NCBI GenBank assembly: GCA_051530055.1
Contig: CM121341.1
Location: 15,850,784-15,914,783 of the forward strand
Length of the DNA: 64,000 bases
Direction of reading: 5' to 3'
DNA from: Neoechinorhynchus agilis
Lineage: Eukaryota > Animalia > Acanthocephala
Both the position numbers and the translations under genes were made by a program. The notes beneath the pieces are model-generated. The model was not told where the DNA came from, searched no databases, and saw only the letters and a list, made by a program, of their open reading frames with translations. Below, piece by piece: positions 23,738 through 36,858 of the stretch; position 1 is the stretch's first letter, and every line of letters begins with the position of its first letter.

Positions 23738-23901
23738 TATTTTTTGGTGATAAGAAAAATAGAGATTTATTTATTATTCTCAATACTTCGTCCGTTACGT
23801 CGGAGGTGTGAAACCTACTAACAACCCGAAGAAGTCCAACGAAACGAACGAAATATTGAGAATAACAAATCAATTTCTATCTTTCTTATCGCCAAAAAAT
23901 A
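23738..23901. mobile_element. TA-flanked foldback / MITE-like element
   Basis: Two ~68-bp arms, about 80% complementary by eye, ~30-nt loop, TA at both outer ends. Confidence 0.75.
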
Positions 23902-24349
23902 CATATATATGAACCATTTCTTTACGAAGAAAATATTGATTTCGTATCGAATTAGGTCAAGCCTAGATTGGTACATTCATAGGAACTAGTAGATTAGAAA
24001 GTAATCGAAAACTGATAGATGTCTCGAAAGTCAAGGAAGTTCCCGTATATTTTGGCTAAGATCTCAAGTCGTTTTTTACCCAGCTATACGCTTGTGTGAA
24101 GTTTTAGCGAATTTCGTGGAATGCAACCAACGCTAGAAATGTCAAATTCTGCACACGGTGAACGGCGCCGATTAGTACACAAACCGTGGGTAACATTGAT
24201 ACCATTTTGTCTGATTCTGAAACGAAACTCATGTATTTTCTCGCATTATGACACCACATGAAAAGGTTTGGCTGACTCATGACTTCCATGAGCGAGAATG
24301 AGAAACGATCTCACTATGCACCTTCAGTAGAAATATAAGAGAAAGGTGT

Positions 24350-25100
24350 GATATGAAAGCAATTGAAAATGTGTGGATAGGCAGGTATCTCGATGTCCTT
24401 CCTTTTTGTTTGTATCCTTGCATGACAAGAAGGATATCAGAAGTATTTCAAGATAACACATTCAGACAGATCAAAAAACCCAAGCAGATGCTGGGAGAGG
24501 ATTTCTTATGCACGAGATATTCCATGTGCATGCGATACTCAATCTTCCTACCCTCAAGTGTTTGTCATTGGGCTAATTTTACCAAGAATATGTCTGTAAC
24601 TAATTGGACGCGAGGGACTTTAAGGTCGTAATGTTACTTCAAAAAATCCCTACGGTCTTTTAATGGCATGTACTTAACAATCTGGAATGGAGATCATGGG
24701 TCCTCATTATATTCAGCACTCAAAGTGGATAAGGAACTGGATAAAACACACAACTGCGTGCCATGAACCGTGTCTGCTAACCTGCAAGCTAACACCGGAT
24801 CCAATTTCTAATGGAAATAAGTACTCACAGCAACCATACTTTTCCCCCTCTCTCGTTTCCTCCCTTTCAAGCATTCACTGTGTTCCCTTCTCATATCGCA
24901 ATTGTCTGCTCGGCTTCGTATTAGCGTCACAAGACGAAAACGCTTCACGATTGTTAAGAGTGTTGTGCAATTTCTTCATGAGTTCGCCAGACCCAAAACG
25001 AACGTCAAGCAGTATTATGGTCCTAAAATCGCAATCATTAAGAGCAGTTTCGGCTAATACCACTATTTTGTAGACACGTTTGTATGGTATTTTAAGACAA
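24350..25100 (-). mobile_element. Highly degenerate LINE apurinic-endonuclease fragment
   Basis: IVVLAETALND resembles the APE motif; SRYLPI resembles SDHxPI; many stops. Confidence 0.35.
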
Positions 25101-26606
25101 ATAATCAAGTGTTCTCAGCTACCTTGCAAATACATTTATCTACTGTGAAAATGCGAGGGCTTTATGTCTAAAGAGAAAAACAACACCGACGCCAAACATA
25201 TCCCAGCGGATGTCTAATTCACAGACTGATGACATTTTGGCACCGAATGCGATTACGATTTTTGCAAAGCCATAAACTCTAATTATGCTTTCAAGACTTT
25301 AAAAAAATGCAACATAAAACTTTTTTTTACAAAGGGAAACATCATTCCCCTTCTATCGACTCAAACATGCAGTACACCCTTTTCTGAATGCGATAACGAA
25401 TATAAGAATCCGCAGCTCCGTCTTTTATTAACCGTCTGCTGCAGGAGAAGTGCAATCTTTAAAAATCTTGTTAACATAAGGAATGAATAATGGAGTCATA
25501 GGTCCTATCTTAAAGCTAATCATTTCCAAGACTTCACGGATGAGTTCGCGGACGATGCCTTGTAAATATTTACAGAATATGAAATGTCACGATTTATGCA
25601 ACGTAGAATTCTAGTGATCGTCCAAATGATACAGTTAATCCGCTTCAATGAGCATATTCATCACCAGTATTGACCTAGTTAGAGAAATGGCTGAACAGTG
25701 CCATGCGATTATATTGAATTTTGAAATCTATATTTAATGTGTTTATTTTAAGCTTGACAAAAGGGATTTTGTCAATGCATATCCTTATGAAATTTAGTAT
25801 TTACGCTGCAATACAAATTTATATGCATTTTCTCCCTCGGTGCACGATAAGATTTAATATGACGGTTCGTTTGTTTTTGACGTCAACGATTTAAATTACC
25901 ATGATAATCGACATGGATCAAGTTATTTGTCTAATTTTTTCCGGCTGAGGATCCATATGGATATACAAACTCATAACCAAATGGTTCAAGGTATTAAGTG
26001 ATTCAATTACTTCCCTGACCTAAATCGGTAGGTCGTGTGCCCAAAGAAAATTATCAGCCACACTTAATAAATGATTTGTTGATGCCTAAAAAATTCGCGG
26101 CAACGATTAATGATTGACGTAGAAAATATTTTAAGAGTATGTACATATTCCGAACAGCCACCGGAATGAATTTTCAAGTCGTGGGCGAGAAATGCGTGAT
26201 TGGCATTCACGGCCAATGCTCGCCAACGTAATCCTGCCACGCAATTTTAAATTATTACAAGTACTACCAGTGGTTTTCACCTTTATTGAATAATTAAAGG
26301 TATTGTTAAGATAGAGTTTGACGTTAATTTTTGAGAGAATTAAAGTTTATATAAATTGTTCATCTCAAGCAAAAATCATGAAACAGCAATTAGTTAATAT
26401 TTTAAAGTTTCTGCGAAATGCTTACTCCGCGCAAATCTTTGATTGTTATTAACTTATTGAATAGTATGCAATCATGACACTTTTTCGAATCTGTTTTAAT
26501 TACTAAATCAAGATGTTATCCTTTTATTTGTGAGTCACATATGAGCACGGTAATAAAACCCATGGTCACTCAACAAAAATTTAAGATTCACGCTAAGAAA
26601 AGCAAT

Positions 26607-28488
26607 TTACTTCGCATAATGGCCGATTATGAATCCAATACTAATCAAACCAGCTGACAAAAGTATTGCAGCAATTGTCTTCATAATAGAAATCGTCGGC
26701 AATTCAACACTGGAAGTGAATAGCATCTTGTCTATTGTGCTCAATTTCGACGTAAACGGTGGGGTCATCTTTTTTTCGATGACATCAAAATTCCAAGTAT
26801 GTTTAGCAACTGATTTGAGATTACTAAAAGATTGAAAAGATGCTCTGCCATGGTACTTCCCCATTCCACTCTCTCCTACTCCACCAAATGGAAGTGTATA
26901 TGGCACTATATGCATCAAGCAATCATTAATGCAAACTCCGCCACTTGTCGTACCTTCCAATGTCTTCTTTTCGATTTTTGTATTATGAGTAAACAAATAC
27001 AGTGCAAGTGGCTTGGGACGACGGTTAACAAAATCGATAGCTTCGTCGACTGAATTCACTGGTAACACAGGCAATATAGGTCCAAATATCTCCTCTTGCA
27101 TTAAAAGACTTTGAGGAGAGACATTAATGACTACTGTAGGACTAAAGTACCGATCGCCCTCATTGAAATCGCCACCTAAGCTCAGTAATCGAAGGCATAA
27201 AATGATTTCCTATTTTTCTGAAACACGATATAAATGCAGTAATATGGCGGAATTGTGATGCAGTACCCAATGCATACGAAAAATTAAGCGATAAAAAGCC
27301 TGTCGATTACTGCGTTACAGCAATTTCTGCGCCTTCTTTTTCAGCCTCGGATAAGTATCTGTTCAATCTTTGTACCTGATTGACATTGATAAGACGACTG
27401 TAGTCAGGCGAATCTTTAGGATTACGGCCATACATTTGCAGGATTCGGGATTTTGTTTCCTTTATAAAATCATCAAAAATTGATCGATCGCAAAGCACAT
27501 AATCCGGAGCTACACAAGTTTGCCCCGCGTTAGCAAATTTTCCTATACATATCCGTTTATGAGAACAATTAAAGATTAAAATAAAACGCTCATTTTTCGG
27601 TCACTAAAATTCCATTACGAGTGCCCATAAAGTCGGCAACTTTAAACTTATAGCGATATCAAGTGAAACTATAAAATATTCGCCTTACAGATTAACTTGA
27701 CTTTCTAACATTTAACGCTTTCAAAGAAACAGAACGACAACCATAGATAATCTGATTTTACGATCCCGTTTTCAATAACTGTTCTGCTATCTACAAGCCA
27801 TAGCAAGATTCACATCCGCGCAAACCAAACACGGTGATTTTCCGCCGCATTCCAAAGTTACGGGGCACATTTGCTTTGCTGCATTTTCAAGTATTATTCG
27901 TCCTACTCTGGTAGATCCAGTAAAGAAAATGTAATCAAACTTATTTTCGTTTATCAACGCCGAGGTCTCTGGTCCATCAGCTTTAACAACTGCAAAACAA
28001 TCATTATCCAGGTATTTTGGTAGTTGGGTGTAAAGTAGGTCCTCTGTTGCCACAGCAATTTCGGACGGCTTCAGAATGCAGGAGTTGCCCGAAGATAAGG
28101 CTCCTATGATTGGAAATAAACATAATTGAAGCGGATAATTCCAAGGGCCAATAACCAATACGACGCCCAGTGGTTCATAGATAACTTGCTTCTCCAAGTG
28201 TAGAACTCGTATGGTATCTGTAACGGTCTCGGCCTGCATCCACGAACGAAGTTTTTTAATGAATATCTTAACCTCGCAAAGTGTATTATATATTTCCATT
28301 ATGTCCACCTGACGCTCGCACATTTTAAGGTCCGAGTAAAGCGCAGTACGTATTTCGTCGTTATTTTCAGCTAGAAATCGCTCAATACCATGCAACTGTT
28401 CAACTCTCCACTCATATGGTCTTGTTTTTCCGCTATCGAAAGACTCTCGCAGTCGATTAACAATGCTTTTCTTATCACTCAATTCCAT
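26607..28488 (-). CDS. ALDH3: Class 3 (fatty) aldehyde dehydrogenase with C-terminal membrane anchor; 3 exons
   Basis: EPLGVVLVIGPWNYPLQL, LKPSE, FTGST, LECGGKSP, GQTCVAPDY, EEIFGPILP, GGVGESGMGKYHG; hydrophobic C-terminus. Both introns appear non-canonical. Confidence 0.93.
27177..27315 (-). other. Candidate non-canonical hairpin intron 2 of ALDH3 (139 nt)
   Basis: GCT GTA|ACGCAGTAATCGACAGGC...GCCTTCGATTACTGAGCTTA|GGT GGC; removal gives EIAVGGDF. Confidence 0.75.
27558..27791 (-). other. Candidate non-canonical hairpin intron 1 of ALDH3 (234 nt)
   Basis: TGT A|GATAGCAGAACAGTTA...TAATTGTTCTCATA|AA CGG; removal gives LAMACKRICIGKFANAGQTC. Confidence 0.8.
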
Positions 28489-29423
28489 CTGAAATTTAAG
28501 AGCAAGCGGAATCACAACGATTTTTCTAAATTAATTGAAGCTCACATTTGAATCTAATATTAACAAGGCTAAATCTGTGGTGAAGTTTAGAAGTGCGTTA
28601 AAATCCAAATCGAAACTACTATACATAAGATGAAATAGAATTCTTAAATAGCTGTAAAGTTATGCAAAAAGTACGAATTTGAAATACCAATTCATATGCA
28701 GTGATTGAACTACAACTGAGTTCTAGTCTCCGCGTGGAAAGTAAAACATTCTCTAGAATCTGAAAAATGCTCAATGGCAAATGACAATAAGTTAAAGAAA
28801 AAAAGACTCATTGTCGACACTGTAGCAGTGCTCAGTGAGTTTAAATTTCGAAGTCACGAATATGCGTTGTTTGCTAAAAGATTTTATAATAAATTTTAGA
28901 TACTCAGTAGTTGCGGATTGACGGAAAAAGAGCGAGCAGAAATTTCCGTTTTAATTAGCTAAAACCTTGTCTTTAATAAGTATCTCTAGAACTTGAGCAA
29001 TCGTGTACGTTTCAGCTCGTTATTTGAACCTAATGCGCATTTGTCAAAAATGTACAAGCATAAAAGTGTTGAATATTGGACAGGAATATAATGAACTCGT
29101 TTTTAGTTGTATTTTTGAGAGAATTAGTTCGTCTGACTGGCAGCTCAGGATGGAAGGATAATCCGTCGATTCTCCAAATCTTGGTTTTATTCCACCAAAA
29201 TATTTGTCATCGCACAGTCCAAATTAAATTTGAAAACAAAGTGTTAAGTGTGTAATCAAGCTGGCGGTCTTTTTCTAGACACGAGAAAGAGGAGTGCGTC
29301 ATGTAGTTCGTCATAGTGATGTTCAATTAGAAAGAACGTTATTTGCGCTCATTAATTGTCGTTGAGGTTTACGTGTAAGTCGGAACAATCGTCGAAAATA
29401 AAACTGCGCTTTATTTTGAACCC

Positions 29424-29955
29424 TTACTTTGAAGGGTCCGCAATGGCGATGATTCCACAAGCAATACGTGCTCCGGCATGCCCTGTGGTCTTACTATCGG
29501 AAAATCCACCCTTCCCGAGGTCATCGGGATCCTCATGGAGAACCATCGAACGACCTACGATGCTGTTTGGCCCAGCAAGACTTGCCAAATGATCCTCTAG
29601 TTCAAATGAAGCACTCTCGTCAGCGTTGGCAATTACATTGCCGAAGTCCCCAACATGTCTCACTTTATCCTTGGGTCCACCATGCTCACTTTTGGATGGA
29701 TTAAAGTGAGCACCGGCGCTTACGCAACCGTCGGTCAAATCACCGAACTCATGAACATGAAAGCCGTGCTGACCTTCCTTTACTCCCGCAAACTCCGCCT
29801 TCACCAGCAAAGGCTTTCCTTCGCGCTGAAAGCACAAATGACGAGCTTACTTTGAACAGCAAAGAACCAACCTCTTGAGTGAAGTGGACAATTCCTTTTA
29901 CTTGCTTCCCTCTCGAGTCTTTTCCGCACATTATGCATATCGCTTTGAGAGACAT
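29424..29955 (-). CDS. SOD1: Cu/Zn superoxide dismutase; 2 exons
   Basis: MSLKAICIM..VKGIVHFTQE|REG..HGFHVHEFGD..CVSAGAHFNP..RHVGDFGN..GRSMVLHEDPDDLGKGG..TGHAGARIACGII; 46-nt GT-AG intron 29826-29871. Confidence 0.97.
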
Positions 29956-30191
29956 GGCAAAGTTTAGAAGTCTAAAATTCGGAGTTGTGAGAAAGCCGAG
30001 CGTTAATGTATACATCGCTCCCAAGAAATGTTACATAAGCATAAAAGTCAGCTGCAGCGGCTTACTGTCGACGAGGATCATTTTGACATTGGAGACACCT
30101 ACTAGACCGTGTTTAAGGAAGATTCTGGCTTTCGACTCGGAAAATGTTGGAGTATTTATCGTACATAACGGAGTTAGATCTTAAAAATACA

Positions 30192-30365
30192 TGTGGAAGT
30201 GGGGGAAATTATATATCAAAGAATCGCTTTAATTGAAATATTTCGTCCAATCACACTGGACTTCTTCACTAACAGACAATAATTGACTGAAGAAGTCCAG
30301 TGTGATTGGACTAAATATTTCAACTAAAGTGATTCTTTGATATATAATTTTTCCCCACTTCCACA
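30192..30365. repeat. Near-perfect long inverted repeat (foldback/MITE-like)
   Basis: ~77-bp arms with 4 mismatches, ~20-nt loop. Confidence 0.9.
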
Positions 30366-30729
30366 ATATAAACTCGGAAAAGAGCAAATTCCGGTCTAAA
30401 TGATTATAAGGTACTCTTTAATGTTAGTTTAGATGCTGAAAAATTCTTTTAAAGGTTTCCCAAAGTCACGTTTAAATTCTCAAGCCTGCGTTAATTCGGT
30501 GATTTTTTCTCGCATTTGCGGGACATTTCGACAATCGTGTTCCGCAATAAACGTAAATTTGGAAATTTTCAAAAAATGCATATCTTCACTTTTTCCACGG
30601 TCAAGATTAACGTTAAAATTTCAGGCTGGCACATTTCTAGTGGAAAATGCTACATTGAAAATTATCAACTATTATCAGAAAAATGCGCATTTTTCATAAT
30701 CGATCCACGGAGCTGTCATGAATCCACGT

Positions 30730-33700
30730 GATTTTTAATAGGTCAAATTCGCGGTCATTTTATAGAAAACATATGTTTTCGCAACCTAGTGTTGCAGCGG
30801 AGGGCATCAAACGGCCGCCCTATTCTCTGAGAATTCCTGTGCCTCCGGAGGTCCGGAATAGTATTCTCGGATACATACAACGCAAACCCAACTCCCATGC
30901 ATCCCAAGACGATTCTTCTTTTTCGGAAGTCCCAACTAAGAGATGGCCACATACTGTGGCCCCAAGCCGCTTCTCCCGAGGGAGGACCTGTATCGAAGAT
31001 TCTTGGCTCAATGGCTCAAAACGTTCAAGGGTGACGTGCATAGAATTTATTCGACTACCTATTTCGGTGGGAGGTTGAGAGTTTTGTTTATGGGCAGGCG
31101 TTTCGTCGAAGGATTTATGAATTTCACGAGAAAAAATTGCGCTCTCTCCGGTGTTGTAATTATCGACTCCAGCTACCAATCAACCTTTATAGTCTCTGGA
31201 TTATTCCCAGACATTGATGAAGTCGATAAACGGGAATTCGAGGGAAGTTCGGCGTCAAGATCCTATTTTTTCTAAAATTGGCCAGATAAGCGAATATGAT
31301 CCGAAAGCGATTGTGATAGGCAGTGTCGAGCGCAGGGGCACTTTGAATTTGGAGAGGTGCTTTTTCAATTCGATTGAAGTCAAATTTCCGGCTAATAATA
31401 TTTCCAATTTCGACGATTATCACTTCCCGCGATGTAACAGTTGTCAGTGTTGGGGTCACTGGGAGCAACGTTGTCCTACGAAGTTGACAAAATGCGCCTT
31501 CTGCGGGCTGGATCATCATAGTTCTAAATGCAGTAGGGCTAGAAGACATTGTTCAAACTGTGATAGCGGCGGCCATTGTGCATTTTCAAAGAAATGTGAC
31601 GCGTTCAAAAAATACATCGCCTGGGCACAAGTTCAAGGATGTAAGGATGCTTCATCATCCGAGCCAAGGACTTTGATTCAGCGTTCAAGGCCGTCTACTG
31701 AACTTCGTGTTTCCTCTACGCCTTGTCACACGCTGTCAAACGATGCAATTCGCGCCTACGCTCCGACCAATGTAGAGCCATCCAGAGATGGACCACCTCA
31801 GTCAAGTCGACAGGACTACTTGGAGAAGCAGCCGAAGAAATTTTCGGACCAGGTGCTTCACATGGTCGACCTCTGGAACTCAGGCGGGCTTCTAGGTATT
31901 ACACGCCTGTTATCGGAAGTAAGTATAGGTGACATTATTTTCCCGCAGGAAACTAAGTCATTTTACGATTGAATATAAGTTCCACATTTATTGTAGGACT
32001 TGGCGAAGAAAGATTGTAATTTATCAATTTGAATTTTCGGCCTGCTCGCTGGCCTTCTTCAGAATCTAAAATACATTCACACGGTCACTGTTGAATCCTT
32101 TACCCCATCGTGAATATATCAGGCGGAACACGTATGCGGAGGGTGTAATCGGCCTTATTATGCGTGAATGTGTTTAATTGTTGAATAAAAATGGCCTCCA
32201 TCGTTGTCCTGTCCCTACGGTTTCCGTTCCTCGCAAGGATTTCAGCCCTCTCAAAATTGATCCTATGCCCATTATCTATGATATGATGAACTATTGCCAA
32301 GTTCGTATCTGCCCCTTTTCGCATCCTCGATTGGTATTCTAGTAAAGAGAGAGACAACATCAGCGGAGATCATGACACAGGAATCATCCATTGACGCCGT
32401 CTTCAGTCGATCAACAAACGTCCATTCCTGAAATGACCACATTATCCGATTGAGGAAGGAGTCGTTTTATGAATCCGGCTAAGACCTCCGACCATCTATG
32501 ATTGTAGGCCGAATGGGCGGCAACAATTGGTATTGCTTTAATCGGAGATTTATGTACCTTCGCTAGCAGGTACATCCTCGGTGTTTTTGCATTGACCGAT
32601 CGTAATCTCTTATAGTCATCATCTGGTAGGTATTTCTGTTTCATCAATTTCAGCATAAATTCATTTAGTTCTTTCTCACGCTTGGCTGTTGGGCAATAGT
32701 TTAGCTGAACAAAGAACTTAATGGGATGAACAAGCACATACAATGGACGCACGAACAAGAAAAATCGGGTGCCTTACCATTCCTAGATGTCAACATTAAG
32801 AGGAACTTGGATGTCACTTTCTCAACTTCAGTCCACATTAAACAAGGTGCCCCACATCAAGTCGTTCCTTGGATCTCTGCTCAACTGCAAAAATACAAGA
32901 TATCAAGGATTCGATCGCTATTTATCAGGGCATATCGATACTGCTCAGACGATGGCATCCTCAAGAACGAACTGGATCGACCATGGAATATCTTCAAAAA
33001 AGGTGGGTACCCAAAGAAATGCATCGAAAGAGCGAGGAAGGATGCGATACTAATTAAAATAAGGGAATCAATGGCAACTGAGGAAAAAGATACATTGAAA
33101 TCCCATACATAAATGGCGATAGGAATTCAAAGATGGAATCTCTAATCAAACGACTTGACGCGAATAAGGAATACAAATTATATTGTAAAAACGGGCGTAA
33201 ACTAAACAGTCTCTTACGACCCGAAAAAGAGGAAATGATTGATGAATGTGTATACAAAATCCCATGCCTAGACTGCGATCAATCTTATATCGGACAAACA
33301 AATAATATGAAGAGACGATTGACCGAACATCGAAGAGCAGTCAGCAAAAGGACGGATACGAACTCGGCAATAGTTCATCATATCATAGATAATGGACATA
33401 GGATCAATTTTGAGAGGGCTGAAATCCTTGCGAGGAACGGAAACCGTAGGGATAGGACAACGATGGAGGCTATATTTATTCAACAATTAAACACATTCAC
33501 GCATAATAAGGCCGATTACACCCTCCACCTACGCGTTCCGCCTGATATATTCACGACGGGGCAGAGTATTCAACAGTGACCGTGTGAATGTATTTTAGAT
33601 TCTGAAGAAGGCCAGCGAGCAGGCCGAAAATTCAAATTGATAAATTACAATCTTTCTTCGCCAAGTCCTTCATTACACGATGTAGACAATTTGCCTGATG

Positions 33701-35290
33701 ATCTCAAAAGCCGGCTTAAGGGTTTTACCTTATTCTGTACGCTTCCCTTCTCACGGAACTCTCAAGCTTTACTGTCGATGTCCAAATCATGTCGTTGTCC
33801 CCATAAGATCTCTGAATACACTTCTTCAGAGCTCTTTTCGCGGCAAGAAGTTACTACTGGGCAATTTTTACATAAGACCGATGAAAATCTACCTCTCTCA
33901 TAATAAGATACTGTTGAAGAATGTGCTTGCGTCCGATGTCGATTACTGTTTTGGCGATTTTAATGACCCCTCTATGAAGTTGATCAATGCCATTATACAT
34001 TCTGGGATGTCAAATAATCTCATTTTAAGCTCCCGGCCCTACTTTTACCAACGGTAGGACACATTCCTTCCTAGACTTGTGCATGTGGCGGCAAAAGTCC
34101 TTTTTGAAGCCCAGGATCGTGGCTCAGAGGACCTCCTTTTCAATCGCTGGTCATGACATTCTAGTCTGGGAAATTGGTGATAATATTCTTTTATCGCGTA
34201 GGTTTAAAATGAGTTCTTTGAATATGCGCCTCTTTAATGCCACCATCGAATTGTGCTGTGGTATGGGTATGATCGATAGTCTTGAGGAAATTAACGATTT
34301 TTGGCCAAGTCCAGTGACACCATCTTGACTACGGTTACCAAGTCCATTGGTCCGCTAGTGCACAAACTAAAATTACTATCGCTTTACGGTAATGAAATGT
34401 TTAAAGCTAATGCTTGCGGTGATAGGGATGTTTTCAAGTTTTGGTCGTCTTTATATTGATCATGCAGGGCTCGTTTCCAAATTATACAAGACTCCAAAAA
34501 ACTCAGTTCCTTTTTACCTTTCTATTCTCCTTGGTTGAAGATGATCTCTCGTAAGAAATTTTTTCCCTGGAAAAAGGCTGCAGCCCATTGGATCAAGTCG
34601 TCCGAGATGAATAATGTGATTGGCACTCTATGCAGCGAACACGCTAACGGGGCTATTACTCCTGTGCTTATTAACTTTATGCCCATTAAGCCTCGTCGGT
34701 TTGACATCGGTCTGAATGATTTCGTGAGGTAGTGGGGTTCGAAAAATCTTACCTCTAATAATGGGTCTTCCCGTGCTTTAAGGCTACTAACGTTATTAGC
34801 TATATAAACATCACGTGTTTGGCCCGATTCATGTTGTTGGCTCCCACGGAGGAATAGGCTACGATTAACATCGCTAAGCGAATTTTTCTTTGCAAAAAAA
34901 GGGGGAGAGCGGTGGTCACGTCTGGGGATGTTAGCACCATCTCTATTCAGAATGTGCTTGTTTCGATTTACGAAAGGGTACTTGCTAAGGGCATTTTAAA
35001 ATTTGCTTGTAAACACCATCTCATTGATGATCGTTGCTATGATTTCGTGCCTGGTAAATCAGTACACACATCGGGGTCACAAATCTTACACGGTTTCTCA
35101 AATCATCCCCAATCTATGAATATACTGATATCCTTCGATGTCTCGAAGGCGTTCGACAATATCAGTACGGATTTCATCCTGAACATTTTAAGGTGCTTTC
35201 ATTTCCCTAACAATTTGATAGCCAGAGTACATAACACCTTAAAATCTAAGCGTTTTTTCTTCGCTGATGACCCTGAGGGGACTATATTTT
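30730..35290 (+). mobile_element. Degenerate LINE (gag-like ORF1 with three zinc knuckles, APE endonuclease, RT N-terminal part) interrupted by a Penelope element
   Basis: CNSCQCWGHWEQRC, CAFCGLDHHSSKC, CSNCDSGGHCAFSKKC; LWNSGGL..DIIFPQETK; CFGDFN; SFLDL; SFDVSKAFD. Confidence 0.85.
31969..33669. mobile_element. Head-to-head (inverted) Penelope-like element pair
   Basis: Minus arm ~32710 to 31969: TPRMYLLAKVHK, MISADVVSLFTRIP, then a deletion to the GIY-YIG end and 3' end. Plus arm ~32710-33669: thumb, GIY-YIG, 3' end. Confidence 0.92.
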
Positions 35291-35900
35291 ACTTATTCAT
35301 CGCATCTCCCCCTCTCTACCTCCACAACATAGACGAGCTCAACCATCTCATTTCCTCGTTCTCCACCCTAAACCTCTCTTTAAATTTTTCCAAATCTTTT
35401 GAGCTTATCTCCCACATTTCCAAACGCAATCTTATCCCCGCTCCTCTCCCTCTCCTCATCCAACGCTCCTCTTCTCTCCGAATACTGGGCCTGATTTTAC
35501 AAGAAAACCTTGAATGGGATGCCCACATTTCATTTACACTCTCTAAAGTAAACCCTCGTCTTTACCTTCTCAAACTCCTCCAGCTTCTCGGCGTATCCCC
35601 TAAACACCTTGCCCACTTTTATCTTTCTGCCATCGCCCTTTCCGCCAATGCTCTCCATTCCCTCGAAACCTTCCACAAGAGAGCAACGAGAATATGCTGG
35701 ACTTCACTCCCTTCCCTCGACGCCCACCTCCACTCCATTTTCTCCAAAAACGCCCTCCGTCTTCTTCAACCATCCCAACAATTTTCTTCCCTCATCTCTA
35801 AATACTCTTCCTTCGTAAACACACGTAACTCCAACCTTTTTCATTCCCCCCTCGCTCGTACCAACCTATACCAAAAATCTTTCTTCCCCAAGTCCAATCT
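35290..35900 (+). mobile_element. CT-rich RT thumb / C-terminal fragment of a CR1/L2-like LINE
   Basis: LRILGLILQENLEWDAHISFTLSKVNPRLYLLK and ARTNLYQKSFFP; abrupt compositional shift. Confidence 0.7.
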
Positions 35901-36858
35901 TTCCTTAATAACCGGAGAACAAGGGAAAACTCCCAATCGGTCATCTCCTGTACAAAGCCTCCGATCGCACATTAACGCACCTTCAAAGACAAGTCCCACC
36001 TCCCTTGTCTTCAACATCAGTCATCCAGACACCTTCAGCAAAGATAGATGCTGGCAAGTGTGTGGATCGTGCATTTTTTACATTAATTAATAAAACTTGT
36101 TTATATATATGTCGATAATATAAAAGAAATTGAAACTTTTCGAGCCCCATGAATAAATCGTTTATGGGGTTTGGTGGAATACTCTTTACATTGCACGCAT
36201 TCTACATTCTCGGAGTTCATTTGGAAGCGCAAACTGAATTCAATTGAGCAATTTATAATATAGTTTTTAACCTAATAAATGAAAGGTCATACCTTGAAGC
36301 AATTTAAAATCGTATTTCTTTGGTTATTCGATTACTAACGTTTTTGTTCAGTAAGGTATACAGTTTCTACGGCGTTGCATTTCGAACCGCTATGTTTATT
36401 CAACGCTTTTTAACTGTTATAAACTTCCTTCAGCTATCGCAACTTAACTTTAATAACTCTTAATTATAGAAAACGAAGCGTTTGAGCAAAAGAAACTAGT
36501 GATTGATATGGAATGTGATAGTCATAGCTAAACTAATCAAAAAACACTTAAAATTAAAATTTGCTGTTTAATTCTTATAACCTTCAATGATTAAACCAAA
36601 TAAGTAAGTCAACTTCCTACCATTTAGACGCGCTGAGCAATTTTAAACATCTTTGTTCGAGTAAAAGGATGATCTTTGTACATAAGCGAAACTGCTCACA
36701 AATTAAACTCATGCATTAATAAAAACTTGTGTTACAAGAGCTGATCGCCAGCGCTAATTTAGTCCGCAATAAACACAAAACGCAGAACTTTAAAATACTC
36801 AGTTCACCTGGTGAATGAATATACAATCGACTATAGAATTTTAAATATGTTAATAATA

